This document shows positions 39,050-49,140 of a DNA stretch of 64,000 nt, piece by piece. The notes beneath the pieces were generated by a model. It saw only the letters and a list, made by a program, of their open reading frames with translations, was not told where the DNA came from and did no database searches. The position numbers were made by a program, and so were the translations under genes. Each line of letters begins with the position of its first letter. Position 1 is the stretch's first letter. The stretch comes from Candidatus Iainarchaeum sp. (lineage in GTDB: Archaea; Iainarchaeota; Iainarchaeia; Iainarchaeales; JAXPJC01), in the NCBI GenBank assembly GCA_016187745.1, contig JACPJC010000006.1:96001-160000 (forward strand), written 5' to 3'.

Positions 39050-41002
39050 ATGAAAAGGCGCGGATTTGCCCTTGGGGAAATTGCATTTGTCGTACTGATA
39101 GTCCTGGGGGTGCTGTTTGTGGCTTTTTTGGTCGCGCCGGAGCCGGAGGAAGGGCCATCGGTTCCAATTGCCAAATTTGAATCCTGCGGCGCAATAACCG
39201 CGGCATTCAAGGAAAATGCGCAGAACTTCAGGGGCGGCATAATTTATGAAATGGGCGGAGTAATGCCCGTGATGAGTTCCGCAACAGGGGGCGCAAAGGA
39301 CCAGGGCGCTGCGAGCTACTCAACAACAAATGTGCAGGTGGCAGGCGTTGATGAGGCGGACATTGTGAAAAATGACGGGAAATATATCTATGTGGTTTCG
39401 GGAAACAAACTGATTATTGCAGATGCATATCCTGCTGAAAGCGCGGAAATTCTTTCCTCAACAGAACTGGGGGAAAACATAACCCCGCAGGAGATGTTCA
39501 TTGGAGAGGATAGCGTGCTGGTTTTTGCAAATAATTATGTGCAGCAATACACCAGGCAGATGGAAATTGGGGGGGATGTTATAATGCCCGGCTTCAGCAC
39601 AACAATCGCGCAGCTGTGGGACGTTTCAGACAGGGAAAACCCGATATTGGAGAAGAGCGCGGAATTCGAGGGAAGCTACTTGACTTCAAGGAAAATAGGC
39701 AGCAATGCTTACTTTGTAATAAACAGCAATCCATATTATTACTGGCTTTATGAGGAAACTGTCAATGATGAAATTACCATCCCTAAGTACAGGGAACTGG
39801 GCGCGGAAGAGCTGGATTCCGGGAAGGAAATTGAATTTGAGCCGGTTGCAAAATGCGGGGAAATTGCGTATTTCGAGCCAATACAGGCAAGCGCATTCAT
39901 AACAATCGCATCAATGAACATTGATGATTTTGATGCCGAAGTGAAAAAGCAGACAATTGTGGGATCGGGGCAGAATGTTTATGCCTCGCTTGATGCGCTT
40001 TACCTTGCAGAAGTGAATTACAATTATGGCTTTGCAATCCCCTTCATAGGGGATGTTATGCCCCCTGAGAACCCTGAGGAGACAATTATACATAAGTTTG
40101 CATTGAAGGACGGCGATGCGTCATATTCCGGCTTTATGGAAGCCCCAGGGCATATTCTGAACCAGTTCTCGATGGACGAATTCAATGGGTATTTCAGGAT
40201 TGCAACAACAAAGGGCGAAGTGTGGAGCGGAAACTCAACAAACAATATTTATGTGTTTAACAGCGACTTGAACATGGCGGGAAAGCTTGAAGAGCTTGCG
40301 CCGGGGGAGAAAATCTATTCGGCGCGCTTCATGGGGGAAAAGGCATATCTGGTAACTTTCAAGAAGGTTGACCCGTTATTTGTAATAGATTTGAGCAATC
40401 CGGAGAAGCCTGAAGTTCTGGGCAAGCTGAAGATTCCGGGGTATTCGGATTATTTGCATCCGATTGATGAAACGCACATAATAGGATTGGGGAAGGAGGC
40501 TCTTGAGGCGGATGAGGGGGATTTCGCATGGTACCAGGGGATTAAGATTGCGATATTTGATGTTTCAGATGTGGAAAACCCTAAGGAAATGTATAAAACA
40601 GCCATTGGGGACCGGGGAACAGATTCCTATGCGCTTCATGACCATAAGGCATTCCTCTATGATAGGGGAAAGAATCTGCTTGTAATTCCAATTCTCCTTG
40701 CTGAAATAAACGAGGCGCAGTATCCTGAGGGGGTGGAAAAAAACACATATGGGGATTACACGTTCCAGGGCGCTTATGTGTATAACCTGACGCTTGAGAA
40801 CGGCTTTGAGCTTAAGGGAAGGATAACGCACCTGGATGCGGATGATGAAAGCCTGCAAAAGTCTGGCTACTATTATGACAGCACAAACTCGATAAAAAGG
40901 GCGCTTTACATTGATGATGCGCTCTACACAATCTCAGATGCGAAGATACTTGCAAATTCATTGAATGACCTTTCACAGATAAGCGAGCTGAAGATTGCAT
41001 AA
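39050..41002 (+). CDS. Membrane-anchored beta-propeller protein (Beta_propel family)
   Basis: YS.TNVQV.GVDEADIVK.DG, NQFSMDE..G.FRIATT, LAPGE.IYS.RF, VTF..VDPLF, LKIPG.S.YLHP. Confidence 0.92.
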   Translation: MKRRGFALGEIAFVVLIVLGVLFVAFLVAPEPEEGPSVPIAKFESCGAITAAFKENAQNFRGGIIYEMGGVMPVMSSATGGAKDQGAASYSTTNVQVAGVDEADIVKNDGKYIYVVSGNKLIIADAYPAESAEILSSTELGENITPQEMFIGEDSVLVFANNYVQQYTRQMEIGGDVIMPGFSTTIAQLWDVSDRENPILEKSAEFEGSYLTSRKIGSNAYFVINSNPYYYWLYEETVNDEITIPKYRELGAEELDSGKEIEFEPVAKCGEIAYFEPIQASAFITIASMNIDDFDAEVKKQTIVGSGQNVYASLDALYLAEVNYNYGFAIPFIGDVMPPENPEETIIHKFALKDGDASYSGFMEAPGHILNQFSMDEFNGYFRIATTKGEVWSGNSTNNIYVFNSDLNMAGKLEELAPGEKIYSARFMGEKAYLVTFKKVDPLFVIDLSNPEKPEVLGKLKIPGYSDYLHPIDETHIIGLGKEALEADEGDFAWYQGIKIAIFDVSDVENPKEMYKTAIGDRGTDSYALHDHKAFLYDRGKNLLVIPILLAEINEAQYPEGVEKNTYGDYTFQGAYVYNLTLENGFELKGRITHLDADDESLQKSGYYYDSTNSIKRALYIDDALYTISDAKILANSLNDLSQISELKIA

Positions 41003-41237
41003 TCTTTTATTATGCCTCCCCTGTTTTATTTTCATGGCCAAGGTATGCCCTGTTTGCGGCTCCAGGAAATTGACCGTTGACAAGTCAAATATTTTCCTGA
41101 ATTCCATCGGCGCTAATGTGAATTATGCGTGCGAAAGATGCGGCAGCACATTTCCCTTCCCGATTGAAATTGAAGAGAAGGCAACTGAAGCGAAGCTTCA
41201 TTCCAAAAAGGGCAAATAAATTGCATAATCTTTTATT
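40994..41237 (+). repeat. 18-bp direct repeat flanking the small zinc-ribbon gene
   Basis: ATTGCATAATCTTTTATT at 40994-41011 and 41220-41237 (extends to 24 bp with 2 mismatches). Confidence 0.8.
41034..41219 (+). CDS. Small zinc-ribbon protein
   Basis: CPVCGS...Y.CERCG. Confidence 0.8.
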   Translation: MAKVCPVCGSRKLTVDKSNIFLNSIGANVNYACERCGSTFPFPIEIEEKATEAKLHSKKGK

Positions 41238-41260
41238 CTGCTTATGGCAATATAATTCAT

Positions 41261-41986
41261 ATGAAGGGCTTTCCGCGCAGAAAAAGAACTGAAGAGGGAC
41301 ATGTTCCCAGAAGCATAAGAAGGACTTTGAATCCTGAAACAAGGCAGGGGAAGCGCAGGGCAAGGCGCATTTCACTTAATAGATTTGCATCTATATTTGG
41401 CTTTTATGAGAGGGGCAGGGGTCTGTCTTATTATAGCCAATTGGAGCGGCATTTTAATTTTAACATTGTTGGATTCCTTAGAAGAAAGGCCTCAATAGGG
41501 AAAGCGGTTGTTACAGAAATTGGTGGCAGTGGAAAAACCCTTTTGAAATTAAGGCGCAAAATGGGAAAAAACAAAGCCAATCTCAAAGCATTCAATATTG
41601 ATTTAGTCGGATGGCAGTTTGCCCAGGCCCTGAGGGGGATAAAACTTTTGAAGGGCGATGTGTTAAAGACTCAAGTTCCCAAATCAGACCTCATTCTTTC
41701 ACTCTGGGGCCTTGGATATTTTGGGCATCCTGATTATATGACAAGAAAAATTGCCGGCGCTTTAGTGCCGGGCGGGGTTGCGCTGCTGCATTTTAACAGC
41801 TACAATGTTCTTTCAGTAGGATTTATCGGCCTTAAGAATTGGTCATCTTTTTTAGATAGCTTGGGAAGCGGAAGGGAAAAAATAAGTGGTTGCGAAGCAA
41901 AGATCCACAAAGTTAGCAAAGATGGAATAAACTTCCCTGCGGGCGACTACTTTGTAATGCTGCACAAGCACCCTATGGCACAATAG
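41261..41986 (+). CDS. Divergent class I SAM-methyltransferase-like protein with Arg-rich leader
   Basis: V.EIGGSG, IDL, GDV, DLILS, L.PGG.A. Confidence 0.65.
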   Translation: MKGFPRRKRTEEGHVPRSIRRTLNPETRQGKRRARRISLNRFASIFGFYERGRGLSYYSQLERHFNFNIVGFLRRKASIGKAVVTEIGGSGKTLLKLRRKMGKNKANLKAFNIDLVGWQFAQALRGIKLLKGDVLKTQVPKSDLILSLWGLGYFGHPDYMTRKIAGALVPGGVALLHFNSYNVLSVGFIGLKNWSSFLDSLGSGREKISGCEAKIHKVSKDGINFPAGDYFVMLHKHPMAQ

Positions 41987-42551
41987 GCATTATGTTAAGC
42001 CTGCCAAATGCGCTCCGGAATTGCCGCGCTCCTGCTGCGGGTTGTTGTCCGGGCGCGGCTTCGGCGCCAAAATGCAAGGAGGCGGATTCTTCCTTCCCTG
42101 CGCAAAAGAAGGCAGAAAACATATAATCTACATAACGCGATTTTTTTCATTTTTTTGAAATTTTAAAAAACCGCATTTTTTTCCACATATACATAAGAAA
42201 AGGGGGTTAATTCAGCCTCCATTCGTTGAAAGACGTGTGCTGCTTTCTATTGGGGAAAAAAGGGGCAAAAATCAACCGAAATGATTAAAAAGGAGTTAGT
42301 TTATAGTATAAACCGATGCGATATGCATATGCAGCAGGAACTTTCTAAAGGAAACTGCCTCCTGGAAAGCAGGGTTGCAGTACTTTGCTCTGCGCTTGAA
42401 AAAGGCGGGCGCAAGGTCGGCAATGACTGTGCTGCATTCAGAAAAGCTAATCGCATTACCTTGGGCAAATCACAGTAATACTTTTTCACTCACCCCGACT
42501 GTGTTTTGCCTTTTCTTTTTATTTTTAATCTTAATGCTACAGCTATTTCCT

Positions 42552-43040
42552 ATGCGCATTATCATTACCGGAAGCCCGGGAACCGGGAAAACGGCAGTTG
42601 CGAAACTGCTCGGGAAGAGGCTGAAATGCGCTGTCCTTAATGAGCATGATTTCTGCATGCGCAAAGGGATAGGGAAATTTGAGGGAAGCGAACTTATTGT
42701 CCCTTTGGGAAAATTGCGGAAAGCGCTGAATGCTGAGCTGAAAAGGCGCAGGAACATAATTGCTGAGGGGCATCTGCTATGCGAAATTAAGCTTGGGGCT
42801 GATGCTGCAGTCCTATTGAGGCTGCATCCTGAATTGCTTGAGGCGCGGCTTGAAAAGCGCGGGTACAATGCGGAAAAGATACAGGACAATGTGTTCTGCG
42901 AGGGAATTGATTACTGCAAAAAGCATTTGCACAGGAATTTCGGGAAAGGAAAAATAATTGAGGTTTCTGCCCATGGAACTGCAAAGGAAACCGCAAACAT
43001 TATCCTTAATAAATTAAAGGAGAAAAGTGATATTGGGTGA
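42552..43040 (+). CDS. AK6/Fap7-type adenylate kinase
   Basis: IITGSPGTGKT, EGHL, LR..P..L..RL..RGY...KI.DNV..E. Confidence 0.92.
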   Translation: MRIIITGSPGTGKTAVAKLLGKRLKCAVLNEHDFCMRKGIGKFEGSELIVPLGKLRKALNAELKRRRNIIAEGHLLCEIKLGADAAVLLRLHPELLEARLEKRGYNAEKIQDNVFCEGIDYCKKHLHRNFGKGKIIEVSAHGTAKETANIILNKLKEKSDIG

Positions 43041-43046
43041 GTTGCT

Positions 43047-44255
43047 ATGGGCGCAAGGGTTTACGCATTTTACGCATTATTGCTGTTTGCCATTATCGGC
43101 CTTTCTTTTGCATATTCAGCAACGGTTGAGGAGAAAACCTTCGCGCAGATGGTTTATGATGATTTTGTTGTTTCGGGCGCGAACAGGGAGAAATGCGAGG
43201 AAATCGCCTTCGTGAGGGCAAACGATGAGAACTACACAATACTCAGCGTGCACGCTGATTTCATGCCGAATGCAACAGGCAGGATTGCAGGAATAAGCGT
43301 TTATGTGAATGACGCGAATTCCGCGCTTACAACGCTGCTTGCGGGAAACTTCCTGGAGGACTGGGCAAGGGTAATTCTCCCCAAATGGGAGCTGAAGGAA
43401 AAAAACAAGATCAAGCTCTGCGCAAAAACCTCGGATGTTGTAACCGAAATAAAAATACTGAACGATTCTAAGATTGGGACTTATAGAATTGCAGATTTTT
43501 CAAAGGAAGGGGCATTCACAAAAACTGCAAGCAATGCTTCCCCCGAAGTCGGGGAGGAAGTGAAAGTTACAGTAACACTGCACAATTACGGGAATGAGGA
43601 AACATTCGTAACGATTAAGCACATTGCGGAGAATGTGGAGATGCCTGAAATTGAGATAACGCGCGGGGAAACGGAAAAGAACGGATGGGTTGCCCCGGGG
43701 AATGAGATTGCAATGGAATATTACATGAGGCCCAAGGTTGCGATAAGGATGTCGCTCCCATATGCAATTGCGGAATACACAAACACTTTCGGGGAAACGG
43801 TAAAGCTGGCATCAGCAATGCCGGATTTGGACGTAAAGGCAATTGAGCAGAGGCTTTTTGCAATAGTGCTTCCAGAAAGCAATGTGAAAAAGACAGGGGA
43901 AAGGGCGAAAATCGCAATAGCGGTAAAGAACCAGAGCACGGAAACAATAAAGGATGTGTTTGTTTCAATTTCACTGCCTGAGGGAATTGAACTCGAGGGC
44001 TCAAGCTCAAGTAACATTCCGTTAATAGAGGCAGGGGAAACTGTGAGCCTTGCGTTTTATGTTTCCGCGCAAGAGCCGGGAACTTACAGGGTGGGGTGCA
44101 ACGTAACCTATGATTCTGTGCCTTTGGCGTGCGACAGGGTAGCGATTGCCTATGAGGCGCAGGGGATAAACTATGCAATAGTCGCAGGCGCGGTTCTGCT
44201 CGCAATAGGGCTTGCAATCTACATGTATCTCTATTTCTCCTCGGAGAAGAAGTAG
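43047..44255 (+). CDS. Surface protein with Ig-like (CARDB/DUF11-like) domains and C-terminal TM anchor
   Basis: Signal peptide; two GE...V...N.G/S...GE..... Ig-like units; C-terminal TM plus KK. Confidence 0.8.
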   Translation: MGARVYAFYALLLFAIIGLSFAYSATVEEKTFAQMVYDDFVVSGANREKCEEIAFVRANDENYTILSVHADFMPNATGRIAGISVYVNDANSALTTLLAGNFLEDWARVILPKWELKEKNKIKLCAKTSDVVTEIKILNDSKIGTYRIADFSKEGAFTKTASNASPEVGEEVKVTVTLHNYGNEETFVTIKHIAENVEMPEIEITRGETEKNGWVAPGNEIAMEYYMRPKVAIRMSLPYAIAEYTNTFGETVKLASAMPDLDVKAIEQRLFAIVLPESNVKKTGERAKIAIAVKNQSTETIKDVFVSISLPEGIELEGSSSSNIPLIEAGETVSLAFYVSAQEPGTYRVGCNVTYDSVPLACDRVAIAYEAQGINYAIVAGAVLLAIGLAIYMYLYFSSEKK

Positions 44256-44344
44256 AATTTTTTCTGCCGGTTTTGCATTGCCATACTTTATTATACATAA
44301 CATTTCTTAGGAAATAATCTTTTTCCTTTAGAAATATATTATTT

Positions 44345-47300
44345 TTAATCGTTTTTCAGCACTTTTTGGAACCTTATCTGCTGCTTGGCGCCCCTTCCCC
44401 TGTGGCGCATGTAGAAAATGAATCCTATGAGCGCAAACAGGGGGAGCGCGGCAAGGGGAAGAAGCGGAATTTGCTGCTGACCGTCCTGGAGGGAAAGGAG
44501 CAGCATTGCGCTGCCTGAAAGCGCTATCGATTTCAGGTAATTGGATTTTGCAATTTCCGATTTGGAGCTTTTCATGAGCTCAGGGATGCGCGAGTCCGCA
44601 AGCATTGCGCTGTTGAGCTTGGAGTTTGTTTTTGTATAGTTTGCAATTGCATCCTCCCTCAAGCGCCGCTCAGCATTCTCAAGCTCTGCGGAAATTGCTT
44701 CCGCCTCCTGCAGGCGGGTTTCAAATTCCGGGGAAATTCCCTCATAGCCTGAAAGCGCTTCTTCAAAGCCCTGGGATGTGCTCTTCTTGATGAATTCATT
44801 GAGGCTCGCGCCCAATTTAAGGGAATCCAGGCGCGTTATCTCAAGCAGGATTTTTTCAATCCTCTCCCTTGTTATCGGGGGGATATAATCAAGCCTGTTT
44901 ATTATTCCTTGGGTGATTTCATTGAAATTCTCCGCAAGCCTTGAGGCGCGCGCCTTCAATCCGGTTTCGGAGAGCAGGGAGGAAAACCTGCTGATTTTTT
45001 CCGATATTGATTCTGTTTTCTGCATCAGCTGGCTTTTTATGGCATTTTCATACTCGTCTGTTTTTTCGGCAAGCGCATCCAATGCGGATTTCGCATCGGC
45101 ATAATTCCCGCCCATTATTGAGCTTTCAATTCTTGAGCTTAAATCAAGCGCGGCTTCCTTTAGCTGCAGGGAGTTGTAATCCCGGATCTTGAAGCGGAGC
45201 ATGCGCTCAATCGCGCTGTTCGCCTTCTGCATAAGCGCGCTCTTGTCGTTTGAAAGGAGCATTGCAAGGTTCTTGCTGCTGCGCTCGTTCAGGAGCGCTT
45301 TTGCCCTGAACAATGCGCCCAATGCTGAATCGTAATCCGGAATGGATTTGCTTGTTTGCGCATCTTCCGCATACTGCCGGGCCTTCTGCACATTTGAATT
45401 TAGCGCGCCTGCCTGCTCCGCATATCCGAATGAAGTGAGCTTTGCAATTTCCCCTTCTGCCTCATTTACCTCATCGGAAACCTGCGAGCTCAGCTGCGCG
45501 TACTGCGAAGATTGCTGCAGGAGCGTTTGTTCCCTTTCAAGCAGCTTTTCTGCTTCCTTCGCAATTGCACTTATTGAATTTATGTGCCTGCTTTCAGTGA
45601 AATCCGAAGTGCTGCCAATTTCTGAAAGCTCTTCCGCAAGCGATGCCGAGTAACCAGCTATTTCCCCGCTTTCGGAACTTGCAAGCGATGAAAGCCTGCT
45701 TTGCAGCCCATCAATGACTCTTTGCCAATAATCCAGATAATTCCGCACTTCATAGGAAAAATAAAACTGCATTGATTGCTGCGGGTAAAGCTCTGGAACA
45801 ACAAATGAAATTTTGCCCGCATCAATTATCTCAAATCCGATTTCCTTCCCGGAGGAATCAAAGAGCTCCCCGTTCCTTATTTCCCCTGCGGAAATTGCAA
45901 TTGGGACTGCGACCCTTGTTTTGAGGATGGGAATTTCAAGGTTGTTTTTCATTGAAATCAGGAAATCATAGGCCGTTGCGTTCTCATCAATTTTCTCTGA
46001 ATTCAGCAGCCCAACATTCGCATCAACCGGATTTGCAATGGAAAAATAAATTTCAATCTGCTGCCTATCGCGCGCGTTCTGCAGGATGAATTCTATTGAA
46101 TTGCCGTTTACCGCGCTTTCAATTTGCCTGCTGTCGGAATAGACAAAAGCGTCGCTTATGGGGTAATTCCCCGCGGGCGAGGAAATTTTAAGCACCGGAA
46201 GGTCAGCATTAGCCTTTATCGTGATGGTGCGCCTCACTGCGGCCTTGCCAACATCAACAAACAGCAGCTTGTCTTCCTGTTCCGAACTTGCGGCAACCGC
46301 ATTCACATCAAAAAGCGCAAGGGTTTTTCCCGGGGGAAGGGAAGAAAGCGCAAAAGAAATTTTTCCCTGCGAATATTCTGCCGAGATTATATTGGGGGCT
46401 GCGTATGCAAGCCTCAGGCCTGAAAGGCCCTCAAGGGGGATTTCAAACTTGATTTCATCGTAAAGCGCCTCATTGAGGGGATTTTCAAATGAAATTCGCA
46501 ATTGCGAGGCGTACAGGGAATCAAGTAGCGGAACTTCCCCTGCAATGAGCTCCTTTGCGTAGGAGTTCCGGAGGTATTTTGAAATTGCATCCTTGAGAAG
46601 GGAGCGCAGTTCCGCCGAAAATTCTTCAAGGTTTGCATTCAGCTCGGGCGCGAGCGGCATTACCGCTGGCAGGTCAATCTCATTCTCAGGGAAGAATTTC
46701 CGGAATGAGGAGAACTTTGAATTTATTTTGCCCATTTCCGAATCTGAAACAAATCCTGCGTAATTTGAATTGGCGCCTTTTATGGCCTCAATTATCCTGC
46801 CTGTTTCTGAGAATTTCCCTGAAATTTCCTGAATTTCCGGATTGTTGGAGAGATAGGCATAGGCATCCTGCTTCAATTGGGTGCAGGCCTGCAGAAGCTG
46901 CTCAGGATTCTCGCTTTCCGGGAGAAGGGCCTGCAGCTTGAAGAACCTTGGCTGGAAGTCCTTCAGTTCTTCCGCGCCTTCAGAGAATAATCTTTGCAGA
47001 TAGCCCGCGCAATTGCGCAGCCCATTCTCATTTGCCTCCTCGAACTCCGCAAAATCGGTTTTTGCGCCAGCATAGGAATTGTACATTTCAATAACCGGCT
47101 TGCATGCAATGAGCTTCTGCCTTTGGGAGTTTGAGTCAAGGTAGCCTGCAATATTGTATGCGAGCCTTGCCCTGAGGTCTGAAAGCTTACTGCTCTCAAT
47201 ATCAATATTCAGGCCCTCCCTTATTGCATTTATGCGCGAATCGCAAAGCACTTCCAAACCCTGCAGCACCTCGCTGCTGAAATAATCAAGCCCTGAATTC

Positions 47301-48589
47301 AGGTGCTTAATTCCGCCGAGAATTCCCTTGAGCCCTGAAACGCTTTCCCCTGAAGAGGCTTTTCCAAGAGCCTCCAGCTCCAAAAGGGAATTGAATTTCT
47401 GCGATAATTCATACAGCTTTCCTGAGCTTGCCTCCTTGAAAAGCGCGATGTCGCTGATGCTCTGGGTCTGCGTTGCAATCTCGCTCTTCTGGCCAAGGAG
47501 CGCATACAATCCCGAAAGGAAATTGGAATCAAACGGGGAATATGCCTCGGAATCAATATCCGCAATCCTTGAGTTTGAGGATGCAAGGAGCTTCTGTATT
47601 TCCTGCTTCAGCGATGCGCTTCTTTGCGAGAGGGAATCCCTTGCCCAGTAATCCTTGCGCATCAGCTCCGCAAATTCCTTCGCGACTGAATTTTCAGCCC
47701 CGGAAAAGTCATTGAAGAAATTCAGCACCTCAAATGCCGGAAACTTCAAAAGCGCATTGAGGGAGGGGTCGACCTTGCTCCGCATCGTAATGTAATTTAT
47801 AATTCCCGAAATCGCATCCGTTATGAGCGGAATATAAAATTTGTTCTTTTCATTTTTTGCTGCTTCCTTGAGGAGCGGCCCGTCATAGTAGGAGATGAAA
47901 TCCCATATGTTTGATTCTTTTGTTGTTATTTTGCTGAATCCGTATGCATCCGCAAGCCTGTTGAAGGCATTTAGGCGTGAAAAATAGAATTTCACATAGC
48001 TTTCCGGGAATTTTTCATTTGCGCTTGACTGTATTGCCTCTGGGTTTTTCAGCTCATTGAGGTTGTTGTTAAGCAGTATGTAGAACGTGTAGAGCTCCTC
48101 CTCCTTTATTTTCCTGATCTCCTGCCTTTCCAAATCTGCCGCTTCCAGAAGAAGGATTTCAAAGCTTGCAGTGTTTGCAAATTCAGCGCTCCTGAATTCC
48201 TCATTCAAGTTGCTGTTCAGTTCGTTCACATTCCTCGGAAGGAGCGCAAGATCCGAATCCGAGGCGCAGAGCTGGTAAATCCTTTTTATGTTCGCAATCG
48301 CGCGGTTGTGGAAAAGCCACGCCCTTGCAAGGTAATTTTTGTAGAGGTTCAGTTTTTGGGAAGTGGATGCTGAGAACTGCGCATCGGGGAAATTGAAGAG
48401 GCCTGCATTGACCTGCTGGAAGCAGGCTTCCTGCGTTTCGCATTTCGGGATTGAGGTTTTTGAGTGCGAGGCTAGCTGCAGGCACTGCTCCCTTTGTTCC
48501 GGGGCAAGCTTCTGCTGCAGGCAGCCCGAAGTGAGAATAAGAAATGCGAGCAGAAGCGCGAGAATTGCGAAAATTTTTTTGTTCGGCAA
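44345..48589 (-). CDS. Very large (1414 aa) putative lipoprotein with helical and beta regions and a C-terminal TM
   Basis: Signal peptide ending LTSGC; several Cys pairs; C-terminal hydrophobic helix followed by RHRGR. Confidence 0.8.
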   Translation of the reverse strand: MPNKKIFAILALLLAFLILTSGCLQQKLAPEQREQCLQLASHSKTSIPKCETQEACFQQVNAGLFNFPDAQFSASTSQKLNLYKNYLARAWLFHNRAIANIKRIYQLCASDSDLALLPRNVNELNSNLNEEFRSAEFANTASFEILLLEAADLERQEIRKIKEEELYTFYILLNNNLNELKNPEAIQSSANEKFPESYVKFYFSRLNAFNRLADAYGFSKITTKESNIWDFISYYDGPLLKEAAKNEKNKFYIPLITDAISGIINYITMRSKVDPSLNALLKFPAFEVLNFFNDFSGAENSVAKEFAELMRKDYWARDSLSQRSASLKQEIQKLLASSNSRIADIDSEAYSPFDSNFLSGLYALLGQKSEIATQTQSISDIALFKEASSGKLYELSQKFNSLLELEALGKASSGESVSGLKGILGGIKHLNSGLDYFSSEVLQGLEVLCDSRINAIREGLNIDIESSKLSDLRARLAYNIAGYLDSNSQRQKLIACKPVIEMYNSYAGAKTDFAEFEEANENGLRNCAGYLQRLFSEGAEELKDFQPRFFKLQALLPESENPEQLLQACTQLKQDAYAYLSNNPEIQEISGKFSETGRIIEAIKGANSNYAGFVSDSEMGKINSKFSSFRKFFPENEIDLPAVMPLAPELNANLEEFSAELRSLLKDAISKYLRNSYAKELIAGEVPLLDSLYASQLRISFENPLNEALYDEIKFEIPLEGLSGLRLAYAAPNIISAEYSQGKISFALSSLPPGKTLALFDVNAVAASSEQEDKLLFVDVGKAAVRRTITIKANADLPVLKISSPAGNYPISDAFVYSDSRQIESAVNGNSIEFILQNARDRQQIEIYFSIANPVDANVGLLNSEKIDENATAYDFLISMKNNLEIPILKTRVAVPIAISAGEIRNGELFDSSGKEIGFEIIDAGKISFVVPELYPQQSMQFYFSYEVRNYLDYWQRVIDGLQSRLSSLASSESGEIAGYSASLAEELSEIGSTSDFTESRHINSISAIAKEAEKLLEREQTLLQQSSQYAQLSSQVSDEVNEAEGEIAKLTSFGYAEQAGALNSNVQKARQYAEDAQTSKSIPDYDSALGALFRAKALLNERSSKNLAMLLSNDKSALMQKANSAIERMLRFKIRDYNSLQLKEAALDLSSRIESSIMGGNYADAKSALDALAEKTDEYENAIKSQLMQKTESISEKISRFSSLLSETGLKARASRLAENFNEITQGIINRLDYIPPITRERIEKILLEITRLDSLKLGASLNEFIKKSTSQGFEEALSGYEGISPEFETRLQEAEAISAELENAERRLREDAIANYTKTNSKLNSAMLADSRIPELMKSSKSEIAKSNYLKSIALSGSAMLLLSLQDGQQQIPLLPLAALPLFALIGFIFYMRHRGRGAKQQIRFQKVLKND

Positions 48590-48666
48590 GCTTGTCCCAC
48601 AAATTCCTGCACCGAAGGATTTATAATTATTTCGTTGATTGTCGTATAGATATAAGGTGTGTTTTT

Positions 48667-48927
48667 GTGGGAATTTATTTCATTGAGCACGCGGAAAGGC
48701 GCTTTATCGAGCGCAATATCCCGGTCAATAAAATCAGGAAGATGCTGGATGAAGGAATTACAATTGATGATATTGGAGAAAAAGCCGGCAGAAAGATATG
48801 TATTTATAAGGAAGGGAACAGTTATTTTACCGTAGTTTTCCAGCCGTGCGGGGAGCATAAGTTCATAATTACCGGCTATCCATCAAAGGAATGGGAAAAG
48901 AAAATATGCAGGGAGATTAAAAGATGA
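48667..48927 (+). CDS. DUF4258 family putative RelE-like toxin
   Basis: HA.RR..ERNI...VV......IIT.YP; overlaps the next gene (ATGA). Confidence 0.8.
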   Translation: MGIYFIEHAERRFIERNIPVNKIRKMLDEGITIDDIGEKAGRKICIYKEGNSYFTVVFQPCGEHKFIITGYPSKEWEKKICREIKR

Positions 48928-49139
48928 AATGCATCAAGTGCAACGGCAGCACAAAAATTGTTGAGACGGGAAGGGTTTTTTTTGGCAAGGTTGTGGTTAG
49001 CCCGGTCAGGGCTGAAAAATGCCTGAAGTGCGGGGAAGAATACTTGGATGAAAAAGAATATGAGAGTGTAAGGAAAAAATTGGAAAAAATTAAAGTCTGC
49101 ACGCCGGAATTCCAAAAAATCCAATTGCTAGTTGTTTAA
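48924..49139 (+). CDS. YgiT/MqsA-type zinc-finger putative antitoxin
   Basis: MKC..C.G...V.A..C..CGEEY. Confidence 0.82.
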   Translation: MKCIKCNGSTKIVETGRVFFGKVVVSPVRAEKCLKCGEEYLDEKEYESVRKKLEKIKVCTPEFQKIQLLVV

Positions 49140-49140
49140 T

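Noticed and set aside
42281-42489. Short ORFs on both strands in the 42 kb gap
   Set aside because: No recognisable motif, poorly spaced RBS and mutually overlapping frames; not supportable as genes.
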